Below, in pieces: positions 25,346-36,671 of a stretch of 64,000 bases of DNA. The stretch is from Squalus acanthias. Its lineage: Eukaryota. Within the stretch, counting starts at the first letter, position 1, and every line of letters starts with the position of its first letter. A program made the position numbers and the translations under genes. Where the stretch lies: NCBI GenBank assembly GCA_030390025.1, contig CM059432.1, positions 132,992,001 through 133,056,000 of the forward strand. The letters are read 5' to 3'. The notes beneath the pieces are model-generated. The model was not told the origin of the DNA, did no database searches, and was given only the letters and a program-made list of their open reading frames with translations.

Positions 25346-26030
25346 GATGCTGTAGCATCAATGCAACTCCCCTTTAAGCACTGAATAAAGCCTGTGCCAC
25401 ACATGACTGGGAATTAGACTGGACCCGATGCTAGTCCACCTGCTGAGCGTTAAGCCAATGAGCAGCAGTTTTAGTGCTAAAATCAAGACTATAATCATGT
25501 TAATGAGGAATGAGTATGAATTTTGCGTGCTACCTAGACCATTTTGAGGTGGGGCAGCTTAACAGCATTGGGCCTTAACACCGCCCGTTTTGTGGCTATA
25601 TCCAATTTCTAGGCCTATATGCCTAAGGCTGCAAAAACTGTGTTGCAGTTGACAACACAAAATGCAAAATGTCTGTTCATTCAATGGATATTTTTCTTCT
25701 AGTGGACGGGAATAGACACAGAGGGTGGTAGGACGCAACAGGTCAAACCTCTCTCCCCTCTCGAGGGAATATAGGAGATCACTGGCTGGGAAGTGATGCA
25801 CAGCCTGAATGGACCTCTTCTAATTTGTACAATTAAAATTGCAAATTCTTTTCAGCAGGTGTGAAGTGGTATCTGTAGTATGGCACAAAATGTGCTCTGC
25901 ATTGTCTGTGTAGCAGCAACATATCTGACTGTGCACACATACTTATCATGTGCCGTTTTCTTCTTCTTCCACATATACCAGAACTGCAGGAGTAGCAAGC
26001 CATGCCCTCTGGAAAAACATGCCTCACACA

Positions 26031-26612
26031 GGGTATTGGTGAGACCACACCTTGAGTACTGCGTACAGTTTGGGTCTCCTTATTTAAGGAAGGATATATT
26101 TGCATTGGAGGCAGTTCAGAGACGATTCACTAGGTTAATTCCAGAGATGAGGGGGTTGACTTATGAGGAAAGGTTGAGCAGGCTGGGCCTATACTCATTG
26201 CAATTTAGAAGAATGAGAGGTGGTCTTATTGAAACATATAAGATACTGAGGGGGCTCGACAAGGTAGATGCAGAGAGGATGTTTCCCCTCGTGGGGAAAT
26301 CTAGAACTCGGGGGCACAGTCTCAGAATAAAGGGTCGTCCTTTTAGAACTGAGATGAGGAGGAATTTCTTCTCTCAGAGGGTCGTAAATCTGTGGAATTC
26401 TCTGCCCAGAGAGCTGTGGAGGCTGGGTCATTAAATACATTTAAGGTGGAGATAAACAGATTTTTGCAAGATAAGGGAGTGAAGGGTTATGGGGAGCGGG
26501 CGGGGAAGTGGCTTTGAGCCCAAGATCAGCCATGATCTTATTGAATGGCGGAGCAGGCTCGAGGGGCCAAGTGGCCTATTCCTGCTCCTATTTCTTATGT
26601 TCTTATGTTCTT
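26031..26612 (+). mobile_element. CR1 3' fragment
   Basis: LVRPHLEYCVQF...RRNFFSQRVVNLWNSLP, with a (TTCTTATG) tail. Confidence 0.92.
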
Positions 26613-26935
26613 ACCGCTCAGCAACACGTAGTCCAGAGGGTTTTACTGATTCTGAAGAGCAAACGTGTCTCTTGTGTGTGTGAAAATGGGCTGAGGTTGA
26701 GGCTGAGGAATGGCATAGCATGACCACGGTACCTATTGAGTTGCTTCCAGATTCTGATCTCATGGCTCCAGTTATGAAGTGAAGGATGCTTCATCAGCAC
26801 AAACAGGTGCACTATTCACTCAACTCCTTGCAGAGCAGGCTGCAAACTGGCTTCATGGCAGTTGCAATCCAGTTGGACAATGTCCTGTAGCATCAACGGA
26901 ATATGAGAGAGGGAGACCTCAGCCTTGCAGGCATT

Positions 26936-28135
26936 TAGAATCATAGAGCACAGAAGGAGTCCATTCAGCCCATCGTGCCTGTGCCGGCTCTTTGAAAGAG
27001 CTCTCCAATTAGTCCCACTCCCCTGCTCTTTCCCCACAACCCTGCAATTTTTTTCCTTTAAAAGTATTTATCCATTTCACCACCCTTTCAGGCAGTGCAT
27101 TCCATACGAACATACGAATTAGGAGCAGGAGTCGGCCACTCGGCCCCTCGAGCCTGCTCCGCCATTCAATAAGATCATGGCTGATCTGATTACTCCACAT
27201 TCCCGCCTACCCCCAATAACCTTTCACCTCCTTGCTTATCAAGAATCTATCTCTGCCTTAAAAATATTCAAAGACTCTGCTTCCACCGCCCTCTGAGGAA
27301 GAGAGTTCCAAAGACTCACGACCCTCTGTGAGAAAACATTTCTCCTCATCTCTGTCTTAAATGGGTGACCCCTTATTTTTAAACAGTGACCCCTAGTTCT
27401 AGATTCTCCCACAAGAGGAAGCATCCTCTCCACATCCACCCTGTCCAGACCCCTCAGGATCTTATATGTTTCAATCAAGTCACCTCTTACTCTTCTAAAC
27501 TCCAGCGGATACAAGCCTAGCCTGTCCAACCTTTCCTCATAAGACAACCCGGCCATTCCAGGTATTAGTCTAGTAAACCTTCTCTGAGCTGCTTCCAACA
27601 CATTTACATCCTTCCTTAAATAAGAAGACCAATACTGTACACAGTACTCCAGATGTGGTCTCACCAATGCCCTGTATAACTGAAGCATAACCTCCCTACT
27701 TTTGTATTCAATTCCCTCGCAATAAACGATAACATTCTATTAGCTTTCCTAATTACTTGCTGTACCTGCATACTAACCTTTTGCGATTCATGCACTAGGA
27801 CACCCTAATCCCTCTGCATCTCAGAGCTCTGCAATCTCTCACCATTTAGATAATATGCTTCTTTTTTATTCTTCCTGCCAAAATGGACAATTTCACATTT
27901 TCCCACATTATACTCCATTTGCCAGATCTTTGCCCACTCACTTAACCTATCTATATTCCAGAACATAACAACTCACTGCGTTAAAAAAATCTCCCCACCT
28001 CCCCTCTGGTTCTTTTGCCAATTGTTTTAAGCCTGTGTCCTCTGGTTACCGACCCTCCTGCCAGTGGAAACAGTTTCTTTTTATTTACTCTATCAAAACA
28101 CCACATCATTTTGAACACCTCTATTAAATCTCTTT
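26936..28135 (-). mobile_element. CR1 3' fragment with a second CR1 (~27105-27953) nested inside
   Basis: Outer fragment is continuous across the duplicated attcca. Inner copy contains ORF 27239-27688 and a (TTCGTATG) tail. Confidence 0.85.
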
Positions 28136-28909
28136 GCAATGCTCCTACTAATGACATTGAGTGCCATATTATGGCCTGGTCAGTTGATTTCAGCCCACCT
28201 GGGGACAGACTCTAAAGAATCATGAGCGAGGAACTCACAGAACTTGTGGCAATGCAATGATTTCGACCTGAGTAGAGCAGAATGTAAGCATTCAGTTAAC
28301 AGCAGGAGCATGTGACAGAAGCACAGGAACAGGCAGGTGGCTCTGAAGTCACCTTGACCGACCCTTATCTGTACCTGTCACTGATAAATAGCAGGATAAA
28401 GAAAGAAAGTATTTGTGGAGAAACTTTTCATAGCCTTAGCAAGTTCCAAAGCACTTTACAGCCAATAAATTATTTTTGAAGTGTTGCCACCCGCTGTTAT
28501 GCAGCAGCTGGGCTCGGCGGCTAATTTTGCACACAGAAAGACCCCACAAACAGGAGATGAATAAAATCCCAAAGCAAACAGGCTCACAGAGCCAGAATCA
28601 AAGAAGTATTCCTGGCACAGGCAAGACGTACATCGCGATAGGTGGCCAGCTGTGAATCACAAACTGGTCTGTGGTTGGCTCCGAGGCATCCTTCCAGCAG
28701 TACATCACTTGGGTGAAAATTCATACCACACCAGCACAAAGGTACAGCATGGAGATACATCAGTACTAGTTTTGGTACAAACACAGCACGTTACCTCAAA
28801 TTATCAAGTTGGTTTCTTTTGAAATGTATGTCTTTTGCATAAACAGCAGTAACAATGAATGGTTGCTTAAAAAAAAATATCAACATCATTGAAACATGAA
28901 AGGTAGGTC

Positions 28910-29635
28910 TTAGGGAAAGAACTCCTGTATCATAGCCTGGGAGACCAGTCCTGCTTCTCGCAGGGGTTGCTCTGCTTTGCTAGCTTCTGGTCATTCTTCT
29001 CCGCTTGTGCCATGGCTTTCTGTTGCTCCTCTTCCACCATCAGGAATATACCTCTTTCAATTGGTTATGTTGTGCAGACTGCGGCACATCACTATCTGCC
29101 ATCTTGGTCTGATGCTTATTGGACTCCATGCGCTTGAAACATCAACTTTTTTGTTTGAGCACGGCAAATATCTGCTTGATTTACGTTCTTTCCTCTCGAA
29201 TGCACCTTTAGCTAGCCTCTCACTGACAACGCAGGGCCAGTGTAGTGGCGACGTTTCAAGTCGCTCCCATATCTTTAAGGAGCCAACCATGCAACTTGGG
29301 ATCACCTTGGAAAGAAGTGGTCAACCCAGATTCTCTTAATATATGAATGGCGGCACTCCCTAACCCTCGTGCCTTCTCATACATAACATTTTGGTGTTCA
29401 TACACCATTTGGACATTCATAGAGTGGCATCCGTTTCTGATGATAAACATCAAGGCATTTTGCATGGGTGCGTGAATGGCAGTGGGTGCACGAGTGATGC
29501 CCTGCATCCTTGGAATACCACATCTTTCTTAAAACGCTAGAAGCCTCTTGGGTTGCTGTATCCGAGTACTGAATTTACTGTATTCATCAGCTTATCAAGA
29601 CAGGCATCTGAGATCCTTCATGGGATATAACTGAG
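28910..29635 (-). pseudogene. highly decayed Harbinger transposase
   Basis: CGIPRMQGI..AIHAPMQNALMFIIRNGCHSMNVQMV..GS..HILRESGL..LHGWLL, and IVMCRSLHNI. Aligns motif by motif with the 38866-40115 copy. Confidence 0.8.
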
Positions 29636-30132
29636 AAAAAAAGCTTTTAGGGTATGAAACCATCCTTAGTTAATTGCAAGCTATAAAATTGGAATAATAC
29701 CTTGCTTAATACTGGGCCTATTTATAGGGCTCATTTTTTTGTCAGTGAGTCACAAAGTCAATATATATTTCTGTGTGCCCTCATTTAATGAAGTCTTTAA
29801 TTAAGGAAAATAAATAGGTTAACAATTTTGTTATAATAGTACACTCAGGAATTTGATGCATGCACATTAAGAAGTGCTCTAAAATAGTAATTGTACAGAT
29901 TAGTATATCACTATAGAAGCTACTCCTAATTAAGATTTTGCATCATAATATTCAGGTTTTCGTGAGGTCCCCTTTCCCCAGACGTGCCAAGTCTCACTCA
30001 CTGGCAGCAACAATCACATATTTTGGTTTAAAAATACGATCAATTTAAAGATAAACACATTTACAGACACTGAAATTAGTTTGTGATCTGCGTGACTCTT
30101 GGCAATCATAAATATAAGATAATCACTAATGA

Positions 30133-30362
30133 GAATGTGAGAATGTGGAACTCGCTACCACAAGGAGTAGTTGAGGTGAATAGCACAGATGCATTTAAGG
30201 GGAAGCTGGATAAATACATGAGGGAGAAAGGAATAGATGTTTATACTGATGGAGTTAGATGAAGAGGGGTGGGAGGAGGCTCGTGTGGAGCATCAACACC
30301 GGCATGGACCAGTTGGGGTGAATGGCTGGTTTCTGTGCTGTATATTCGATGTAATTATGTAA
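30133..30362 (+). mobile_element. CR1 3' fragment
   Basis: VRMWNSLPQGVVE followed by 3' UTR. Matches 58745-58947. Confidence 0.85.
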
Positions 30363-31499
30363 ATACCACTCCGAGTTTCTCTCCGATGTTGACAGCTCTG
30401 CTCTCCATCAGTACAAGTACCTCAATTTTCCCCAAGTGTCTGTGTTAAAAGTTATGTACAGATGCCAAACGCATGCAAACACCTTTTGTACAAAACTGAA
30501 ATCCTTAGAAAGTCGATGTACTTTCTGTTTAATGTGTGAGGCATTTAATTTGAGAAAGTGGGGGAGGGAGGTTGGAGGTTTAAGCACCTTGGGACATTTC
30601 TTTCGAGTTAATTTGTTGTTGCTGGTATAAATAGTTCCACAAGCCTCAGATTATTAGGTGATATTTCAGATGCGTGTTACATTCCCTTTGTTTTTCACTG
30701 GTGTGAAATATCACCTCTGTGCAGCGTGAAGTCATCGACAGTCACTACAGGATAAAAATACATGCCTTCCTGTTTCTACCTTATTTTCAAAATGTACTTT
30801 TTTAAAAATCATGTGTATGTGGGTCATGCACATTATATGTGGCAGGTGTCACAATTAATTTGCCATTCTATCCAGAAACATTGGGAGATAAGAGCCTTTG
30901 TCCAGAAACTTGAGCCGATAGCCCTTATCTGCCTGAGATCAGATCTGCGATGTCATCTTCCTTTAGCCATTACAGGTGTAGAATACAATACCAGAGTCAT
31001 TTATCAAAAAATAACACCTATGATGAGGTATACTTTGTTGGCTTACACGTACCATGACTTCTGGAAAGATTCATATTTTCATAAATTCTCAATTTTGAGC
31101 GATGCCGTTTTTGGGGGCTTATTTTCTATTAATTGAATATTTGTTGTCATAATTGTTGTTTTTCCACTTGAAACTGTAATGGAAGTATTGTTAAAGGGAG
31201 AGGAACACACTATAAATTCTCCAGTGTCCTTAGGCATCCATGGCAGCTGCTTAATGATACATGTATCATTATATTCTGGTGTGGTTGGAGGGCAAAACAG
31301 ACTTGATTACACTACAGACAATTGTTTTGCAATAATACCAAACCATTTTTCATTATGTTTCTCTCAGCGATGGAAGGACACTGGTAATTTTTTATCTGTT
31401 ACCTTTGGAGCAATGTCCTACAATTAAAATGTTGTTTCCTGCGGTTGAAAAGTATGTTTTTATATATTTTCCTATCTTCTTTCAAGCTTTAAAAAAAGT

Positions 31500-33720
31500 G
31501 ACTATAGCATATTTTGCCCTTTTTTATTTAGTTCACAATTAATAACACTTTGGCACTCTTGGTAGTCACTCAGCAGACTCGGGTTCTGATCCTGGACAAG
31601 AGAATCTAAGACCCTTGACTTAAGATGGCAAATTCCACTACCTAAAGTCACGAGTGAAGGATGTGAACGTCCAGCTTTTAGCAGCTGAGCAAAGGAATAA
31701 AGCATTAACTAAAGATCACGTAAACCAAGTCTGTAGTTAAAATCTGCGGGGCAAATACATAAAACAGAATGCACTTCAGCTCCTGCTGCCAAAACCCACT
31801 GAAGAAATGTCTCCAGAACGGTTTCGGTGCTGTGGATTTGGAGAGTTTCCAAAAGATCCCAGAGCCCGTTGGGAATGAAAAGAACAATTGTACTTATAAT
31901 AACGGAAAGGCAGGAAGCAGTTAGCAGCGATTAAAGTCACTTGAACCTTTGAAATCAAGGGGTGTTGCCACGCAGTAAAACATCTTGCAATCTAAGGTTG
32001 GAAAGCTGAAGTGTGCAGAGTGACGGGATCAGTAAATCACAAGTGTTATGTTATTGATCATCTTTAAACTGACAATTATCACTTTGTACAGAAGGCATGT
32101 TGCAAGCTTCCATGATGCACCAGATTGAGTGTCTGCTGCAGCAAATATTTTTTCTACTAGCTACCGTGACCAACTTTGGATGGAGCTTTTTCAATCGCTT
32201 GGCCGATCTGAAAAGTCTTCAATTCTACCAACCACTCGAGGCCCCCGTGATTTGTGATGAACCTTTATAAAACACTGGTTCGGCCTCAACTGAAGTATTG
32301 TGTCCAATTCTGGGCACCACACTTTAGGAAGGATGTGAAAGCCTTGGAGAGGGTGCAGAAAAGATTTTCGAGAATGGTTCCAGGGATGAGGGACTTCAGT
32401 TACGTGGATAGACTGGAGAAGCTGGGGTTGTTCTCCTTAGAGCAGAGAAGGTTGAGAGGAGATTGATAGAGGTGTTCAAAATCATGAGGGGTCTGGACAG
32501 AGTAGATAGAGAGAAACTGTTTCCATTGGCGGAAGGGTCGAGAACCAAAGGACACAAATTTAAGGTGATTGGCAAAAGAACCAAAGGCGATATGAGGAAT
32601 AACTTTTTTACGCAGTGAGTGGTTATGATCTGGAATTCACTGCCTGAAAGGGTGGTGGAGGCAGATTCAATCGTGGCTTTCAAAAGGGAATTGGATAAAT
32701 GCCTGAAGGAAAAAGAAATGCTGGGCTATGGGGAAAGGGCAGGGGGAGTGGGACTAGCTGAAGTGCTCTTGCAGAGAGCCGGCACGGGCTCGATGGGTCG
32801 AATGGCTGCCTTCTGTAACTATTCTATGATTCTATGATTTCTCAGGATTTGTAGCTGTACCATGTATTAACTGGGAAAATGACTTGAATGCTATACTGCA
32901 GGAAAACCTGCAGCTTATGGATACTTCTCCATATCTGGATGGCACCAGAAACAGGTTGTTGAGGTACTGTGATACAACTGAGTTGCATTTGTTTAACGAG
33001 ATACTGTATTCATGAAAAAAGTGTTGACACACCTTTTTATCCTGTGTTTACAAACACACAATATGAAAACATCAATTGCGTTGACACGTATCACATCATT
33101 AATGATGTATTGTGTCACTGTGATGGAAATGGTACATGGCTGGTATAGGTTTTTAAAAAACAGGTAGGCCAACTTTCAACACCTCATTAGATGGACTTGC
33201 CATTGCTGTTACTCAACCCTTCAATCTTCACCAGCAACCATTTTAAGAAAGGGTGCATGTTGTGGACCTATTGTCCAATATGACCAGCAGATCCCAGTAT
33301 GGTTGTGGTACACTTTCTGGAGAAGTCTATTTCAACCCAAAATATTCAGTGTTGGATAATTAGAGAAATACTGGGATAACCCTGCAGATTCAAGGTTGGT
33401 TGGATCCTTTGTAAAACCTACCATATGTGATAAATAGGACCAGGCAGTAATACATCTCATAGGCATTTATCATCATGTCCTGAAATAAGAAGCCGAGGAG
33501 CTCCCCGCCAGCCAGAGACTGCCTTAATATCAACTTTTGCCAATAATAACCCTCTGCCTAGACTTCAGACAAGTCACTGGCCTGATGTACCATTGCGTAG
33601 GTAGCGGAGCAGAGGGTAGGGTCAATATACTGATTTATGGGGTTTCCTGCAGTATAGGACAGGTGTTTGATTTAAACTAAAGCAATCATTTGACCAGCAC
33701 AAACTTACAGCTGCCATTTA
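31500..33720 (-). mobile_element. fossil Ngaro/DIRS-type tyrosine-recombinase retrotransposon (RT-RNaseH remnant), interrupted by CR1
   Basis: With frameshifts the minus strand reads FSLIKHLSYTAGNPINQYIDPTLCSATY..LGRGLLLAKVDIKA..ELLGFLFQ..DKCL (33440-33715). This resembles Ngaro RT FRLIHHLSYP..INDFID..GRGALMAK.DI..DKCLPMG. RNaseH-like and recombinase-like traces to the left are weaker, so the left boundary is uncertain. Confidence 0.65.
32254..32838 (+). mobile_element. CR1 3' fragment
   Basis: LYKTLVRPQLKYCVQFWAP, an (ATTCTATG) tail, and tgattt on both flanks. Confidence 0.92.
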
Positions 33721-34019
33721 TTACTCTTCAGGTTTCAAAGCCTGAACTGATGGGAAAATATAATTGTAGACTTCAAAATGATCTTGAAAGAGCTCCTGTA
33801 GTCCTGTTCACGCAGCATTTTAATTACAATATAAAGTCATCTTTACTGGGATAAAAAGTTGGTTAATTGTTCCCTCGTGTTGGGGAGCTCAGACTGAGCA
33901 GGGTTTCTTTTTTTCAGGCAAACCTTGACCTCAATAAAACTTGACAAGTTTTCAGTAACCATGAGATAGACTTTCAGAAATCCTGCTGAGATGTAGTATG
34001 CTTTGTGTTGTTTTCTTTC

Positions 34020-34821
34020 ATTTGTAAAATTCTCATGCTGGTGTTCAAATCCCTCCATGGCCTCACCCCTCAGTGGGTAGCACTCTTGCCCTTGAGTCAG
34101 AAGGTTGTGGGTTCATAGTCCCAATCCAGAGACTTGAGCACAAAAATCTAGACTGACACTCCAGTGCACTCAGAGGTGCCGTCTTTCGGATGAGACATTA
34201 AACCGAGGCCCTGCCTGCTCTCTCAGGTGGTTGTAAAAGATCCCATGGTGCTATTTCAAAGAAGAGCAGGGGAATTATCCCTGGTGTCCTGGCCAATATT
34301 TATCCCTGAATCAACATAACAAAAAGCAGATTATCTGGTCATTATCACATTGCTATTTGTGGGAGCTTGCTGTGCGCAAATTGGCTGCCGCGTTTCCTAC
34401 ATTACAACAGTGACTACACTCCAAAAGCTGTACAACACTTTGAGACGGCCAGTGGTCGTGAAAGGTGCTGTATAAATGCAAGTCTTTCTTTCTTATCTCC
34501 CTGTCCCTGTAACCTCTTCTAACCCTATAAACCCTCCGAGATCGCTGCACTCCTCCAATTCTGGCCTCTTGCGCATCCCCGATTTCTTCACCCCACCATT
34601 GGCGGCTATGTCTTCAGCTGCCATGGCCCTAAGCTCTGGAATTCCCTCCCTAAACCTCTCCACCTCTCCCTCCTCCTTTAAGTTGCTCCTTAAAACCGAT
34701 CTCTTTGACCTTAGAGCTCCTTATGTGGCTCGGTGTCAGATTTTGGCTAATAACACTCCTGTGAAGCACCTTGGGATGTTTTACTACGCTAAAGGTGCTA
34801 TATCAATGCAAGTTATTGTTG
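34020..34821 (+). mobile_element. L2 3' fragment with a nested SINE
   Basis: KILMLVFKSLHGL at the 5' side, resuming after 34493 with PPRSLHSSNSG and the L2 tail. Confidence 0.82.
34069..34493 (+). mobile_element. Deu-domain tRNA-derived SINE (SacSINE1-like)
   Basis: tRNA-like head (ctcagtgg...gggttc), Deu core gtgccgtctttcggatgagac-ttaaaccgagg, L2-type tail with (CTTT)n. Confidence 0.85.
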
Positions 34822-36121
34822 TAAAAGCCAAGGTTACATTTTCAAATCTCTACATTGGAGCTGTGAAACACTTGTGCTGGTATGAAGCCAAATGGCAGAC
34901 TAGAGCAAGCACAACTTCTTTAGCCAGAGGCTATTCTTAAAACTATTGTGAATTCATGCCCTTCCAACTTGTACCATTGTTATCCTGGGAGTTCAAAAAA
35001 GCATGATTGAAATAAATATGTGTAAACGTTACTGTTACCTCTCATACATCCAGTGGCAAAGTCCAAGGTCATAAAAATTGTTTAGAAATTCTTCATTCTT
35101 AAAAATGCACTGATTTGTGGCAAGATACCCCTTTTTTCTGGTGGCGAAGGAGTTAGACAATCGGTGAGATCATGCACTGCTTGGATTATTGTTCCTTCAT
35201 CGCAATTTCCTACATTACCACAGTAACGACACTTCAAAAAGTACTTAATTGGCTGTAAAGCACTTTGGGAGGTCCTGAGCTCACGCAAGGCGCTATAGAA
35301 ATGCAAGTCTTTCTTTTATTATTGTGCATATTTATGCCGTATTGGAACTGGGATCAGGAGGTTCAAAATGATCATTTGCAGCTACATGGGAACTGCACAG
35401 TACAGGTGCGGTTGTGCTCACATAGTGCCACTGGAACAATTGTTATCCCCTCTCTGGGCCCAAGTGTCCCAATTGCTGAATTACCCCAGGACACTGCAGT
35501 TTAATTGCTATGCAAATGGAGATTTTTATGGAATCCTGTGGACCAGCCCCAAGTTCTGTTAGTCTTTCTCACATTTTATTGTAAACTCTTATTTGGCTTA
35601 AACTTTGTTTAACCAAAAAAACAATGATGGATACCTGGAAGTGATTACGAGCCAGTAATCCAATCGGAAGGTTTAGGTGACATTATAAACCACAAGAACA
35701 AAGCTTGAGCTGTTTAAAGTCATAACTGAACCCTTGAGATTAGATTACAGATACTGTAATTATTTATAATTGACGCCAGTTTAATTTTATGTGGGAGGTT
35801 TATTCTGTTCGGAGTCAGTTTCTGGGCTAGCAGTGACTCACGGTGAATGCCAGTTATCAGTGCTCAAAGTCTGATGACACTCAAACAGGATTAACACCAT
35901 CATTCTTGCTGGATGATCAAGAATTAATCTTTAATTGACTACAGAGAAACTCCATGTCCAGTGCATATTCATTGTGCTGACTTTTTTACCTTTAGCTATT
36001 GCAGGTATAGCAAGTGCATAGAATGCCTCTCTAGAACAATAAGTCAACTCAGTACAGATAGTATGCTCGTTACTTTTTAGGAAGAATTATTTACTCCTCA
36101 ACAAGTGAACTAATCGGACCT

Positions 36122-36289
36122 ACAGAGGAGGGGAAATAAGCCTAAAACTTGCCTGTAACTTGATAAATACAGTGAGCCCAATCGACCGGATCATTAGTTA
36201 GATGGGGCCTAACTAGTGGTCTTACTGATTGGGCTTACTATATTTAACCGGATTTCAGGCCAGTTGTAGGCTTATTTCCCCTCCTCTGT
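36122..36289. repeat. ~170-bp fold-back MITE / long hairpin
   Basis: acagaggaggggaaataagccta ... taggcttatttcccctcctctgt, with arms pairing nearly to the centre. Confidence 0.85.
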
Positions 36290-36671
36290 TGGTTTATTTC
36301 AAATGCACACCAGGGACAAGACCAACTCTTAAACTAGCATTACTCCCAACGCAAGAAAGTTACGTGTGCTATTACAAGCACCATGCAATCAAAGTATGCA
36401 ATGGCTTCACAATAAGGCTGGATTTTGCTAGCAGAGGCGGGTTTGCTGTTCGGTGGTTCCGCTCCCGCTGCCGGTTTCAGCCACACTGTGATAAGGATTT
36501 TGAGTTAACTGGGCTTATTAAGCCCGCCGTGCACGTTACCCGGCCCAATCAGTGGGTTCGGGTCTGCTGCTCGCCTCTGCTGACGTCTTCGATTCAGTTG
36601 TATTTAAGGGGCCCATGCAGCCTTTGGGTTTTATTCACTTTCTGATGCTCCTCAGTGGTAGTGTTTGCGAG

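Larger units (their letters stand above)
21250..25615. mobile_element. full-length (inactive) PIF/Harbinger transposon
   Basis: TIR ggactagaaattg / caatttctaggcc, TSD TAT, convergent transposase and Myb/SANT genes. Confidence 0.92.
20640..29635. mobile_element. ancient fragmented Harbinger (Myb gene on +, transposase on -) hosting younger insertions
   Basis: Myb exon 2-like remnant at ~25700-25815 (RE..GGRTQQVKPLSPLEG..EITGWEV). Exon 3-like remnant at ~26800-26930 (ALFTQLLAEQAA..GFMAV). Possible exon 1 at ~20650-20818. Transposase at 28910-29635. TIRs not found. Confidence 0.55.

Noticed and set aside
28611..28645. Walker A-like PGTGKTYI
   Set aside because: Short frame with a stop a few codons later and no helicase context. 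It lies in the probable decayed Myb exon 3.
32845..33015. Open + strand frame resembling an exon or hAT fragment
   Set aside because: Better explained as the antisense of the Ngaro-like remnant.
34069..34135. tRNA gene
   Set aside because: tRNA-like head of a SINE that continues into the Deu domain, with no complete cloverleaf.
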